Positions 1-8,243 of a stretch of DNA of 38,127 nt are shown here, in pieces. Both the position numbers and the translations under genes were made by a program. Origin of the DNA: a virus (lineage: Duplodnaviria; Caudoviricetes). The notes beneath the pieces were generated by a model. It ran no database searches, was not told the origin of the DNA, and saw only the letters and a list, made by a program, of their open reading frames with translations. The stretch lies in the IMG/VR virus record IMGVR_UViG_3300031701_000005, positions 1-38,127 of that record; one strand, 5' to 3'. Position 1 is the stretch's first letter, and each line of letters begins with the position of its first letter.

Positions 1-127
1 TCGTCATAAAAAACTCCCGCGGTGAAAGGTAGCGCCTCCGCGAAAGTGTGGGAGACGGTTGTAACCGTCGAGGATCCCGCGCCTGGATCTGGTACGAAGA
101 TCGGGAGGACGATCGGCCCCGCGACGG
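1..127. repeat. Terminal direct repeat, copy 1 (circular assembly overlap)
   Basis: tcgtcataaaaaactccc...cgcgacgg at 1-127 is identical to 38001-38127. Confidence 0.97.
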
Positions 128-818
128 TGAGCCCGTCGCGGATCAAAAGTTGACCCAACGAATTCGCGGACTGTTCAACGGTAACGATCATATCAGTGAC
201 GTACAAAGTTTTGCCCGCCGTGACTGTGTATTCAAGGGTCGGGACGGTGATCGCGTTTGTCACGATCTGGATCGGCGTCCTCCCCGGAAGCTGCGACGGA
301 CGGGCGCCAGAGACGACTTGCAAGTTCTGCGAAGTCCCGGCCGCGTTAGTGGTCGGGGCGGTCGAAACGTTATTGTACGCTCCCCCGGTGTCGGTCCCGA
401 CTAGGATCGATCGGTTCAATTGGGCGACCATACCGCCCGCGATAAAAGCCGTGAGTCCGAGGATCTGCGGACTAAGAGAGGTGTGGAGGAATTTCGTCTC
501 AAAGAAGAAATCGCCTTGAGCAGCGCCGCCGTTCGTGTATTCGTATTGCACGAAAGGGGTGAAAGCCGGGGCGGATAGAAGTTGAAAACCGTTCGCGGCT
601 GCATAGGGAATCGTGAGGAGTCGGACTTGATCCGCTCCTCCCGCATCGGAGTACCATCGGACTGTGATCGTGCCGTCCACGTCGCTGACAATGTGCGTGT
701 CAACTTGAGTGAATCCTTGCAAGTCGAGGACTCCCGAGGCATAGACGCCTCCCCCTCCGAGGGTCGCGGTCGTTAGGTACGCTTGAAAAGCTGCGGGTTC
801 TGCTGGTTGGTACGCCAT
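1..818 (-). CDS. Putative virion accessory protein, 5' part; continues across the junction to a stop at 37949 (289 aa total)
   Basis: Read by hand and absent from the ORF track. ATG at 818 gives MAYQPAEPAAFQAYLTTATLGGGGVYASG..., open to base 1, then ...FYDE|ATGTLTMSGTLIGYEE-TAA at 37951-37949. The protein is T/G/A/V-rich. Confidence 0.85.
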   Translation of the reverse strand, partial: MAYQPAEPAAFQAYLTTATLGGGGVYASGVLDLQGFTQVDTHIVSDVDGTITVRWYSDAGGADQVRLLTIPYAAANGFQLLSAPAFTPFVQYEYTNGGAAQGDFFFETKFLHTSLSPQILGLTAFIAGGMVAQLNRSILVGTDTGGAYNNVSTAPTTNAAGTSQNLQVVSGARPSQLPGRTPIQIVTNAITVPTLEYTVTAGKTLYVTDMIVTVEQSANSLGQLLIRDGLTVAGPIVLPIFVPDPGAGSSTVTTVSHTFAEALPFTAGVFYD

Positions 819-827
819 GATTTTCCC

Positions 828-1298
828 TTAATAGATCCACCAATTCGAGCCGTCCGAGATCGCGGTTATCATCTCGAATTGTTCCGCGAGGAGGAGCCCG
901 GTCGCGGAGTAGTCTGTACCATCGATCGTGATCCCGCCCCCACTTGTGCGGACCTCGATCCCCGTGATCGTCGAGGTGATCGCCTTGACTGCGACCCGCG
1001 ATCCCGCGGCCGGGGTGGGGAGGGTGATCACGCAAGCCGCGACATCCACGAGGACAAATTCCCCGTCCACCGCGGACCTCGTCGCGGTCGTTTCGGTGGC
1101 GACGGTCCACACCGCGCCCCCGCCACCCGCGGCGGTCCACGTCGAGGACGACACGCCCACGGTGGTGGCCTGATACAGACCCGGGGCGCCCGACTCGATC
1201 ACGCCAAAGTCCAACGCGGTCAACCCGTTCTCGGTCCCGAGGGCTTGGAGTTCGGCGAGGGATCCACCTTGCCAGAGTTTTGAGGGGCGTTGAATCAT
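828..1298 (-). CDS. Putative virion fibre/accessory protein (156 aa)
   Basis: ATG at 1298 overlaps the upstream stop (ATGA). The C-terminal ITLPTPAAG...ITIDG...ISDGSNWWIY pattern resembles beta-sandwich domains of phage fibre proteins. Confidence 0.6.
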   Translation of the reverse strand: MIQRPSKLWQGGSLAELQALGTENGLTALDFGVIESGAPGLYQATTVGVSSSTWTAAGGGGAVWTVATETTATRSAVDGEFVLVDVAACVITLPTPAAGSRVAVKAITSTITGIEVRTSGGGITIDGTDYSATGLLLAEQFEMITAISDGSNWWIY

Positions 1299-1870
1299 GG
1301 AGCTGGAATCTCTCGGACCTCGACCGCGCGCGCGGTCCATTTGACATTGGTTGCGGCCTCGCCGGTGGCAGTCAAGGTCACGTCGTCACCGACCACCACG
1401 AGGGCCGGGGCGGCGGTCGTGAGTCCGACGCGCGACACGGTGGCCGTGGGGTTGAGGACGAGGACCGCGCCCCCCGTGCGGTAGTACAGGCCGCCCAAGG
1501 TGGCGTCTAGGACTTCACCCCCGCCCGCGGCGTCGGTCTTGCCTTGGGCCTCGACTTGGATCCGGTAGGCGTCGCCGTCGGTGGTGAGAGTCGCCAGGGT
1601 GGCAAGACTCACCGGGACCGCGTCGGCCGTCGTCGTGTCGTAGGACTTCGCGCCTTGGTTGATCCCGTAGAGGGTCAAGATCGCGTCGTCGATCATGTTG
1701 GACCATAGCTGCCCGGCGGCGGTACTGATCGCCGTGGCCGGGGCGGCTTGCCCGGGTTCGTCCACCTTGAGGTCTTGGGCGACGTCGGCCCATGTCCCGT
1801 CCGACACGGCCGAGGCCAGCCAGGTGGAGAGGGGGATCGAGAAGTCGATCACGCTTGTGGGGTTTGCCAT
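1295..1870 (-). CDS. Hypothetical virion-associated protein (191 aa)
   Basis: Coupled ORF in the structural operon; A/T/V/G-rich. Confidence 0.7.
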   Translation of the reverse strand: MANPTSVIDFSIPLSTWLASAVSDGTWADVAQDLKVDEPGQAAPATAISTAAGQLWSNMIDDAILTLYGINQGAKSYDTTTADAVPVSLATLATLTTDGDAYRIQVEAQGKTDAAGGGEVLDATLGGLYYRTGGAVLVLNPTATVSRVGLTTAAPALVVVGDDVTLTATGEAATNVKWTARAVEVREIPAP

Positions 1871-1873
1871 GGC

Positions 1874-2422
1874 TTAGAACGCTTTTCCTTTCGCGGTGAT
1901 TTGACCGCCGATCCTCACGGCCCAAGAGATCGAATCTCTTAGTTTGAGGGTTTCAATTAAGGGGAAATCAAACCCCTTCTTTTTGACCGTCGCCGGGGCG
2001 TTGGGTTTTGCCCAAGACCCCGATGTGCGGATCTTGTCGCGGACCATTCCAACGATCACCGCGCCGACGTTGCCCAACTCGGTGATCGGGTCGCCTCGAC
2101 CGCCGACGGTGAACCCGTCCGCCCCGAAAACTTGGGCCATGGACTTGGCAAACTTGTTTTGTATCTTGTCGCGGTTTTCGAACACCGACGATCGAAGGAA
2201 AGACCGGGCGGGGATCCCCGCGTGCCTCGGGCCGGCCGGGGTTCCGAATTCGTTATACATGGCGACCGAGGCGACGTTAGCCCCCGTGCCCTTGTAGGTG
2301 TCCAATCCGTCTTGCCCTTGTACCCCGACGGTCAAGATCGTGGATTTCATAAACTTGAATCGTCCGGCGATCTCCTCAAGGCCCGACACGTCAAGCGTGA
2401 CCGTTGCCCGGGCGGCGGCCAT
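1874..2422 (-). CDS. Neck/tail-completion (virion morphogenesis) protein
   Basis: Motifs A.xNEFGT...IPARSFLR and PNAPATVKKKG.D.PLIET.KLRDSI are typical of this family. It lies downstream of the head-tail adaptor. The start may instead be GTG 2455. Confidence 0.8.
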   Translation of the reverse strand: MAAARATVTLDVSGLEEIAGRFKFMKSTILTVGVQGQDGLDTYKGTGANVASVAMYNEFGTPAGPRHAGIPARSFLRSSVFENRDKIQNKFAKSMAQVFGADGFTVGGRGDPITELGNVGAVIVGMVRDKIRTSGSWAKPNAPATVKKKGFDFPLIETLKLRDSISWAVRIGGQITAKGKAF

Positions 2423-2451
2423 GGACCCGCGCGAGTCGATCCGCTTGGACC

Positions 2452-3198
2452 TCACCACCCGCGCCCCACCCAACCACGAACCGTGTTAGGGGACACAAGG
2501 AAACGCCGGCCCGCAACGGGGGCGACAAATAGCGATTGTTTAAGTTGGAGATAGAGCCGCCCCCACCTCGTGGTCGCGAACGACGGATCCAGCCCGGTAG
2601 CCGTCCCGACGGCCGCAAAGGACTCTTCGATCTTGTCGATCTTGCGCCGGTTCACCGGGCCGGCCTCGCCGCCGTTGGCAACGGTTAGCATGTGCGCGGT
2701 TAGATATTCGTGGGCACACTGTGCCTTGGTCCCCCAACATTCGAGGTTGATTTGAGAACACGCACAAGCGAGGGCTTGATCGATCAAGGCGGCGCCGCCC
2801 ACGAGGGTGTCGCCGGTGAGGAGTTGGAACGCGCCCACGGGCTTGTCACTGATCGCGTGGAGTCCGTCTACGCCGGTTTGGATCGAGTCGATATATATAA
2901 TGTTCCCCGACACTGAGGCCGTGGCGAGTTGGCCGGCGACGTTGATCGAGGCCGCGAGACTTTCGGCCGTGTCGGTCGAGGTCGCCCCGGCGAGGTACTC
3001 CGATCCGAGAATGGGCGACGCCGCCACGGCGGTGAAAGCAAGAGAGATCACCGGGGAGTCGGACGCCGATCGGATGGAGAATCGATCGCCGGGGGTCGCC
3101 GCGTTGGGGACCACTCGACCCGAGGAGGTCGATCCGTAGGTCGCGAACTCGGGCGCAACGGCGAGAAACTCGGCCCGGGTGGCGCAAGCGGCGGGCAC
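2452..3198 (-). CDS. Head-tail adaptor (DUF4054-like) with an internal inserted domain
   Basis: N-terminal EFLAVAPEFA and C-terminal YLTAHMLT...FATTRWGRLYLQL match DUF4054-type adaptors. About 100 extra residues lie in the middle. Confidence 0.75.
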   Translation of the reverse strand: MPAACATRAEFLAVAPEFATYGSTSSGRVVPNAATPGDRFSIRSASDSPVISLAFTAVAASPILGSEYLAGATSTDTAESLAASINVAGQLATASVSGNIIYIDSIQTGVDGLHAISDKPVGAFQLLTGDTLVGGAALIDQALACACSQINLECWGTKAQCAHEYLTAHMLTVANGGEAGPVNRRKIDKIEESFAAVGTATGLDPSFATTRWGRLYLQLKQSLFVAPVAGRRFLVSPNTVRGWVGRGW

Positions 3199-3200
3199 GG

Positions 3201-3596
3201 TTAGACCTCGCCCCCGGCTTGGAGTTGCACGATCCGGGCCTCGATCGCGGTGAGGATCTTGGGCGCGGTGTGTTCCTGATACAGTGCCGACAACTCGTCG
3301 AGGTCGATCGACTTGCCGATCCGGGTGATCACGGTTCGCCAGTGGGGGCGCTTGGTCGCCTTGATCTCGGTTGGCACCTCGGGCTCAACCTCGGGGGCGG
3401 CTGTTTGTTTTCGGGGGGTGTCGGACGTCACGACGATCAGCCCTTGGGTGATCATCGCGTCGATCGGTTCTTTGCACACCCACGCCTCGGCGACGTCGTC
3501 GGGAGTAGTCACCGACGCGCCGGGGTCCACGATCTCGGTGTACTCCCTCGCGGCTACCACGAGGACGAAAGGGGATCTGTTTTCAATGGACGCCAT
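3201..3596 (-). CDS. Hypothetical protein between capsid and adaptor (131 aa)
   Basis: Coupled ORF at a position commonly occupied downstream of the capsid gene in such phages. Confidence 0.7.
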   Translation of the reverse strand: MASIENRSPFVLVVAAREYTEIVDPGASVTTPDDVAEAWVCKEPIDAMITQGLIVVTSDTPRKQTAAPEVEPEVPTEIKATKRPHWRTVITRIGKSIDLDELSALYQEHTAPKILTAIEARIVQLQAGGEV

Positions 3597-3609
3597 AATC
3601 TTGAAAGGT

Positions 3610-3646
3610 GGCCGCCACCCGGAGAATTGAAGGACGGGCGGCGGCC
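3610..3646 (-). terminator. GC-rich hairpin after the major capsid gene (partial terminator or mRNA stabiliser)
   Basis: GGCCGCCACCCG (3610-3621) pairs with CGGGCGGCGGCC (3635-3646). Only a short T run follows on the minus strand. Confidence 0.45.
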
Positions 3647-3655
3647 GAGGAGGGA

Positions 3656-4603
3656 TTAGATCCCGTCTAGTCGGAGGATCGAACGTGGGCGGGGGACCAT
3701 GACCCCGCCGAAACGCGTTTCAAACGCAAGTTTGAAACACAAGTTTTGCTGCATTGGGGGAAGCGCTTGCATCAGCATGGGGAACACCGCGCGGAGGCGG
3801 GTTGATTCGTTGCGGTAGGCGAGCATGGAGGCGCCGCCCGTGGCCGAGACGTCGTTTAGTCCCGGTTCCCAATCCCAACGGGTGATCATCGGGAACGCCC
3901 GTTGCAGGTATTGCAAGACGGTGATGTCCGACGCGATCGAGTTTTGGAGCGTTGACAAGCGGGTGTAGCTCGCCACGTCCATGATCACGGTGTCGGGCAC
4001 TTCGACGCCGCCCGACGCGTTGATCAAGGCGTTGATCGCCGTGGTCACGTCCTCGACAATATCCGCCGCGATAGCGGTTTGCCAGGTGCCGTTCACCGCG
4101 TTGGCGACGACGATCCCCGAGTGGTTGGTTACACCCTCCAAGGCGGAGGCGGCGTCACCGGTTCGGATCAAGTCGTTGAGGGTTCGATCCATCGCCTCGC
4201 GCGCGGATCGGGCCTTCTCGGTCGCGATGTCGAACAGCCCTTGCATACGGGCCGATCGGATCTCTTGCGTGGAGTAGGTGACGCCCACCGCCACGGTCTT
4301 GATCGAGCGAATGTTGTTTCGCCCGGTCAAGTCCGCCATGGGGATGTCGGTGGAGTGGTCAGACACGATCGAGGCCCGGCCACTTGACTCGGACTCGACG
4401 TAGCTATACTCGGTCGCGCCCTCGTTGAGTGAGGTCGAGATCGGGATCAATCCGCCGTTCATCCACTTGGTTTCGGTGAACTCGAACCGGAACAGTTCGG
4501 CAAACGTCGCCGTGACAAGTTGTTGAGCGAATAGCCCGGTTTGGGTGTCGTGGCGGAACATCGGGAGATCCCGAACGCTATCTGTAATTTGTTTTAGACT
4601 CAT
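3656..4603 (-). CDS. Major capsid protein (DUF2184-like, HK97 fold), 315 aa
   Basis: ATG 4603 with GGAG upstream. Motifs include YSTQEIRSA, PDTVIMD, TVLQYL and RFGGVMVPRP. It follows the protease and decoration genes. Confidence 0.88.
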   Translation of the reverse strand: MSLKQITDSVRDLPMFRHDTQTGLFAQQLVTATFAELFRFEFTETKWMNGGLIPISTSLNEGATEYSYVESESSGRASIVSDHSTDIPMADLTGRNNIRSIKTVAVGVTYSTQEIRSARMQGLFDIATEKARSAREAMDRTLNDLIRTGDAASALEGVTNHSGIVVANAVNGTWQTAIAADIVEDVTTAINALINASGGVEVPDTVIMDVASYTRLSTLQNSIASDITVLQYLQRAFPMITRWDWEPGLNDVSATGGASMLAYRNESTRLRAVFPMLMQALPPMQQNLCFKLAFETRFGGVMVPRPRSILRLDGI

Positions 4604-4610
4604 GATGCTC

Positions 4611-5402
4611 CTATGGGCGGTTGATCTTGATTCGCGCAAGACCGGCGGCGGTGGTTGTAGTTCTGAAAGTGCAAGCGGCAAGGGCGATCGCGTCGCCCCC
4701 GTCCGCGTCGGAGCGTAGGCCCCCGAGGACTTGGCCCACGGCGTTGACAACGATCCGGGCGAAGACTCCGCCACCGGCGGCCACGGCGTCCTCGACGTTG
4801 GCGAACAGTTCGCCCCCGCGCATGATCGCCATGGTGGCGCCGCCAAAATAACCATCGTCCACAACCGGATCGCCTTGGTTCACATTCATGTCGAGCGATC
4901 GGATCGTGATCCCGAGCACGTCGGCGTCTACTGATCCACCGGCCAAGAGCCCGGCCTGATCATCGAGGGCGCCTTGGACGACTGCGACCCCGAGGCCGAT
5001 CGTAACACCGCCCGCGGCGGTGACGGCCGCGACGGTCAAAGCCGAGGGGGCCGAGGGGGCCGTGATCGTGTAGACCGATCCGGGGTGGATGAACGTCAAG
5101 GTGAGGACGTTGGTAGCCGAACTCGCCACGGTGATGTTGAGGAGGTCGGGGTCAAGGTCGGCGGCGGCCTCAAGGCCAGCGGCGATCTGATCGGCCGTGT
5201 TCCCGGCGGCCGTGAAGCTAACCTGAAACGTCCCCTCGGGGCCGTCGATCTGGACGGTGTAAACGCCGTCAGTGGTGCCGCCCACGGTCACGGTTGAGAC
5301 TTGTGATAACAACGGGTTTTCGTAGCTGTCCACGGTCCACGGGGACATGCTCGCGATCTGTCCGTTGATCGCTACGGGTTGGTTATATTGGAATTGGGGC
5401 AC
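4611..5402 (-). CDS. Head decoration/cement protein with an inserted domain
   Basis: Lies between DUF2213 and the capsid gene. Shows the G.AVVQG...GITIRS...MAIMRGGELFANVEDAVAAGGGVFAR pattern of cement proteins. Confidence 0.75.
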   Translation of the reverse strand: MPQFQYNQPVAINGQIASMSPWTVDSYENPLLSQVSTVTVGGTTDGVYTVQIDGPEGTFQVSFTAAGNTADQIAAGLEAAADLDPDLLNITVASSATNVLTLTFIHPGSVYTITAPSAPSALTVAAVTAAGGVTIGLGVAVVQGALDDQAGLLAGGSVDADVLGITIRSLDMNVNQGDPVVDDGYFGGATMAIMRGGELFANVEDAVAAGGGVFARIVVNAVGQVLGGLRSDADGGDAIALAACTFRTTTTAAGLARIKINRP

Positions 5403-5404
5403 GG

Positions 5405-6637
5405 TTAGCCTATAGCCTTAGGGGTTCGGAGGTTGTCAAGATACGCCGCAAAAAGGGCGTCGGGATCGGCCGCGTCGGTTTTCGACTCGGGGTTGGCGGT
5501 CGCGAACAGTGCGGCCATGGTATCGGCCTCGGCGGTGGCGCGGGATCGGTGGAGGTCCACCGCGGCGTCGAACGACGCGCGGAGATAGCCCACGTCGTTG
5601 GCGTTGTTATCGAGGCGAGGCGCGAGGGTCGGGGACACGGCGAGGATCGCCGCGCGCATGATCTCGGAGTCGCTCACTCCGTCGGTCTTGGCGTCGGGGC
5701 CTATGATGTCCCGGGCCGTGGTCACGAGTCGAACGCGGGCGTCAATGCGGGCGGACTCACTCGATCGGGTGTCGTCGAGCTGCGCTTGGAGGGCGTCAAC
5801 TTTGGCGCGTAGGGCGGAGTCGGAATCCATGGATTCGTCTTCGTCTTCGTCTTCGTCCTTGGGTGGAAATGTTGGCGTAGCATCGGCGCGGAGTTTTTCG
5901 ATCTCGGCGGCCACTCGGGTGGCTACCTCGATCGACTCGTCGCCGATCTGGATCGCGCGGGTGTCCTCGCGTTCCGGGGTGTCGGGGGTCGGTGTTTCGT
6001 TCATCGTTTCGATTCCTTGGATGGTTGATCGGCTTGCGCCGGGGGTGTCAAGGATCCGGCACGACGGCCCGGCCCTACCGCGATCAACCACGGCTAAGTG
6101 GTTCCCTCGGATTTCGGTTTGCCTCGCGGCGTAGGTCGCCCCACCGGGCGCGACTCCTTGGTCTTGGATCACGCGGGAGGTGTACCCGCATGACAATTCT
6201 TTTTTGCCGCCGCGGATCGCCTCGATGGCGTCGGCGTCGGTGATCTGGATCGTGGCCCGCACGAACTCGCCGTCCCGGCGAACATCGGTTCCCACCGATC
6301 CGATCTGGACATCTCGGACGGTGGCCGCCGTCACGAACCCCGCGGGGTGATCGTCGGTCACCACGGCGAGGCGGAACGAGTCGAGGGTGTCGACGTTGAA
6401 CACCTGATCGTCGGTTCGTAGCTCGCCCCACGTCTCGCCCCCGGCGTCGGAGTATTCGAAAACCCCGGTCCGAGTTAGGCGGGCGTCAACTCGGAGGAAC
6501 CCCGTCTCGGGGTCCACGGTCGCCAGTGCCCCATCGGTCCTCTCGGGGTCGGTGTGGATCTCGCCCACGATCCGATCGACACGGATCACCGCGTCGGCCT
6601 TGGCCTCGACCTCGGGGGTGGTTGGCGTGTCGGTCAA
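5405..6637 (-). CDS. Prohead protease/scaffold (DUF2213-like)
   Basis: Motifs GFLRVDARLTRTGVFEY, TDDHP, GKKELSCGY and NHLAVVDRGRAG, followed by an acidic coiled-coil scaffold. TTG start at 6637 with GAGGGAG upstream. The 6883 start in the ORF track is an over-extension. Confidence 0.88.
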   Translation of the reverse strand: MTDTPTTPEVEAKADAVIRVDRIVGEIHTDPERTDGALATVDPETGFLRVDARLTRTGVFEYSDAGGETWGELRTDDQVFNVDTLDSFRLAVVTDDHPAGFVTAATVRDVQIGSVGTDVRRDGEFVRATIQITDADAIEAIRGGKKELSCGYTSRVIQDQGVAPGGATYAARQTEIRGNHLAVVDRGRAGPSCRILDTPGASRSTIQGIETMNETPTPDTPEREDTRAIQIGDESIEVATRVAAEIEKLRADATPTFPPKDEDEDEDESMDSDSALRAKVDALQAQLDDTRSSESARIDARVRLVTTARDIIGPDAKTDGVSDSEIMRAAILAVSPTLAPRLDNNANDVGYLRASFDAAVDLHRSRATAEADTMAALFATANPESKTDAADPDALFAAYLDNLRTPKAIG

Positions 6638-6795
6638 CCCCACCGCTCCCTCGGACTCGTGGCGGCGTCGGAGCGATCGACCGTGCGATGTCCCGCGGCG
6701 TCGGTGCGCGGCGTCTCGGGCGACGTGGGGGCGTCCTCGGTGGACGTCTCGGCGTCCTCGCCTCGGGCGGGCGTCTTGTCGCGGGGGTCGGTCAC
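6634..6795 (-). CDS. Small hypothetical leader protein (53 aa, MTDPRDKTPARGEDAETST...)
   Basis: Read by hand. GTG at 6795; its TGA overlaps the TTG start of the protease gene. It is preceded by a -10-like TAGGGT. Confidence 0.55.
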   Translation of the reverse strand: MTDPRDKTPARGEDAETSTEDAPTSPETPRTDAAGHRTVDRSDAATSPRERWG

Positions 6796-6831
6796 GGGTC
6801 CACCCTACCCCCACCCCGTCGCGATATGCAA
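6796..6831 (-). promoter_or_regulatory. Putative late-operon promoter TTGCAT-N18-TAGGGT, leaderless
   Basis: -35-like hexamer at 6831-6826, -10-like hexamer at 6807-6802, and a GTG start 6 nt downstream. Confidence 0.5.
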
Positions 6832-6844
6832 CCCCGCCCCCGAA

Positions 6845-6873
6845 TATGCGGAAAGTATGCGGAATTCTGCATA
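6845..6873. promoter_or_regulatory. Operator-like site: TATGCGGAA twice plus the 18-bp near-palindrome TATGCGGAATTCTGCATA
   Basis: Direct repeats at 6845 and 6856. The palindrome at 6856-6873 has one mismatched pair and is intergenic. Confidence 0.5.
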
Positions 6874-6886
6874 TATCCCGCATGTT

Positions 6887-7354
6887 CTATCGCCTGCGCG
6901 GGCGGCGCGCCCACCGACACCGGCGATCGAGGTCGCCCACCCACCGCCGATCCCACTGGGGCGGGTCGGGGTCGTGACAGATCCGGCGGAGCTTGCCCGC
7001 GGCGATCCACGCCGAGACGGCGGGGACGTCCAAGATCCACGGCGGGAGACACGGGATCCCGAGGTGGTCCACGTGATACGCCGCCACGAGGCCCCACGCG
7101 CCCCGAGACCCCCACGCCCGGGGGTCGGGGGGTTGGCACCCCGGGCGGAGTCGGCCGGCCCTCACGGCGCGAGGGTAGGCGACGAGGGAGATCCACTCGT
7201 CCCGGGCGTGGAGGCCGACCCGGTGGCACCTCGATTCCCTCTGGCAGATCTCGATCAAGGCCGGGGCGGCCTCGGGGATCCCTCGGACGGCCGCGACCAC
7301 CCGGGCCGCCGGGGCGGGGTCGAGGAGGACGAGGGCGATCAGGACTCGGAGCAC
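6887..7354 (-). CDS. Putative secreted lytic transglycosylase (lysozyme-like fold)
   Basis: Hydrophobic N-terminus (MLRVLIALVLL), ICQRES (candidate catalytic Glu), GAWGL, LDVPAVSAWIAA, and six Cys. Confidence 0.55.
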   Translation of the reverse strand: MLRVLIALVLLDPAPAARVVAAVRGIPEAAPALIEICQRESRCHRVGLHARDEWISLVAYPRAVRAGRLRPGCQPPDPRAWGSRGAWGLVAAYHVDHLGIPCLPPWILDVPAVSAWIAAGKLRRICHDPDPPQWDRRWVGDLDRRCRWARRPRRR

Positions 7355-7370
7355 CGCCCGACCCTACCAC
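7355..7370 (-). promoter_or_regulatory. Putative extended -10 leaderless promoter (TGGTAGGGT-N6-GTG)
   Basis: Same hexamer and the same 6-nt spacing to a GTG start as at 6807-6795. Confidence 0.5.
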
Positions 7371-7544
7371 GGCGACCCCCCGGGGCCGGTGGATCCAAAC
7401 CCCCCGGGGCCGATTTGAATCCGGCGCGGATCTGCGCGGTTTCGCCCTCAGTATTCTCTTATTAAAAGACGCACAATAATAGGAAAGAGTGTCCTCAATT
7501 CGCACCGTGGGGGGTTACAGAACACCGTTTTGTCGGGTTTTTTT

Positions 7545-7574
7545 CGGATTCTCCCGGATTCTCCCCGATTCTCT
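7545..7574. repeat. Three tandem 10-bp repeats (CGGATTCTCC, CGGATTCTCC, CCGATTCTCT)
   Basis: Seen directly in the AT-richer non-coding region, flanked by T tracts. Confidence 0.7.
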
Positions 7575-7610
7575 TTTGCGCGGTCCTCGCAATAAAAAGC
7601 ACCCGATACG

Positions 7611-7640
7611 TTGACACCCCCGCACCCGTGGGGGTACGTT
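7611..7640 (+). promoter_or_regulatory. Sigma70-type early promoter TTGACA-N18-TACGTT
   Basis: Perfect -35 hexamer; the -10 keeps TA...T. It lies about 40 nt upstream of the first plus-strand gene. Confidence 0.65.
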
Positions 7641-7679
7641 GCAGGGGTCGGGGCAAGGCGCCCCAAAGGAAAACGAACA

Positions 7680-8243
7680 ATGACAACCGATCAAATCTAC
7701 GCCGCCCTGTCCCCCGTCTCGGGGATCCTCATGTACGCCGCCAAGGCGCCCGACCTCGCCGAGGCGATCACCACCTACGCCCGAGAGATCGGAGCCTCAC
7801 CCCGTGAGGCCGCCGACGAGGTCGAGTGGTACCGGCTACCCGCCGACACCGAGATCGACCATTGGGATCACGTGTGGGACGACGATCAACGCGCCGAGTG
7901 GGACGCCGCCGAGCCTCGCCAGATCCCCGATCATCTCGTGAGGGACGCCACCCGCGAGGCCCTCGCGAGGCGAAACACCCCCGCGAAAAGTGACCTCCAC
8001 TCCGAGGGGCTATACGTGATCAACGGAACAATGCACGGCAAGATCGCGGTGTATCTCGATGAGGCCACGGATCGGTTTTTCCTCGCCGCCGTCGCCGACG
8101 TCATGGAGGCCGGCCGGATCGGTGACTATAGCCTGTGGTGCGCCGTGGGCGGTGGCGTCGGTGAGGACGACGGTTACGAGGACGAGGACGACGCGATCGT
8201 GGACGCCCTCCGCCTCCAAACCCCCGCCGAGGTGGCCTCATGA
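7680..8243 (+). CDS. Acidic early hypothetical protein (187 aa)
   Basis: ATG 7680 follows AAAGGAAAACGAACA. Hand count gives about 39 D/E versus 15 K/R. Confidence 0.8.
   Translation: MTTDQIYAALSPVSGILMYAAKAPDLAEAITTYAREIGASPREAADEVEWYRLPADTEIDHWDHVWDDDQRAEWDAAEPRQIPDHLVRDATREALARRNTPAKSDLHSEGLYVINGTMHGKIAVYLDEATDRFFLAAVADVMEAGRIGDYSLWCAVGGGVGEDDGYEDEDDAIVDALRLQTPAEVAS

Noticed and set aside
1-127. 127-bp terminal repeat as a biological DTR or att site
   Set aside because: It lies in the middle of a gene and its length equals a common assembler k-mer, so it is best read as circular overlap.
3656-6883. ORF-track starts at 4864 (capsid) and 6883 (protease)
   Set aside because: The extensions overlap neighbouring genes or promoters. 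SD-supported starts at 4603 and 6637 fit better.
6526-7505. Long overlapping ORFs 6526-7479, 6554-7465 and 6792-7505
   Set aside because: They give R/P/G-rich shadow translations typical of high-GC DNA and overlap better-supported genes and promoter signals.
7355-7680. tRNA or structured ncRNA in the intergenic region
   Set aside because: No cloverleaf or T-loop consensus and no recognisable riboswitch were seen by eye. A covariance-model search would be needed to exclude one fully.
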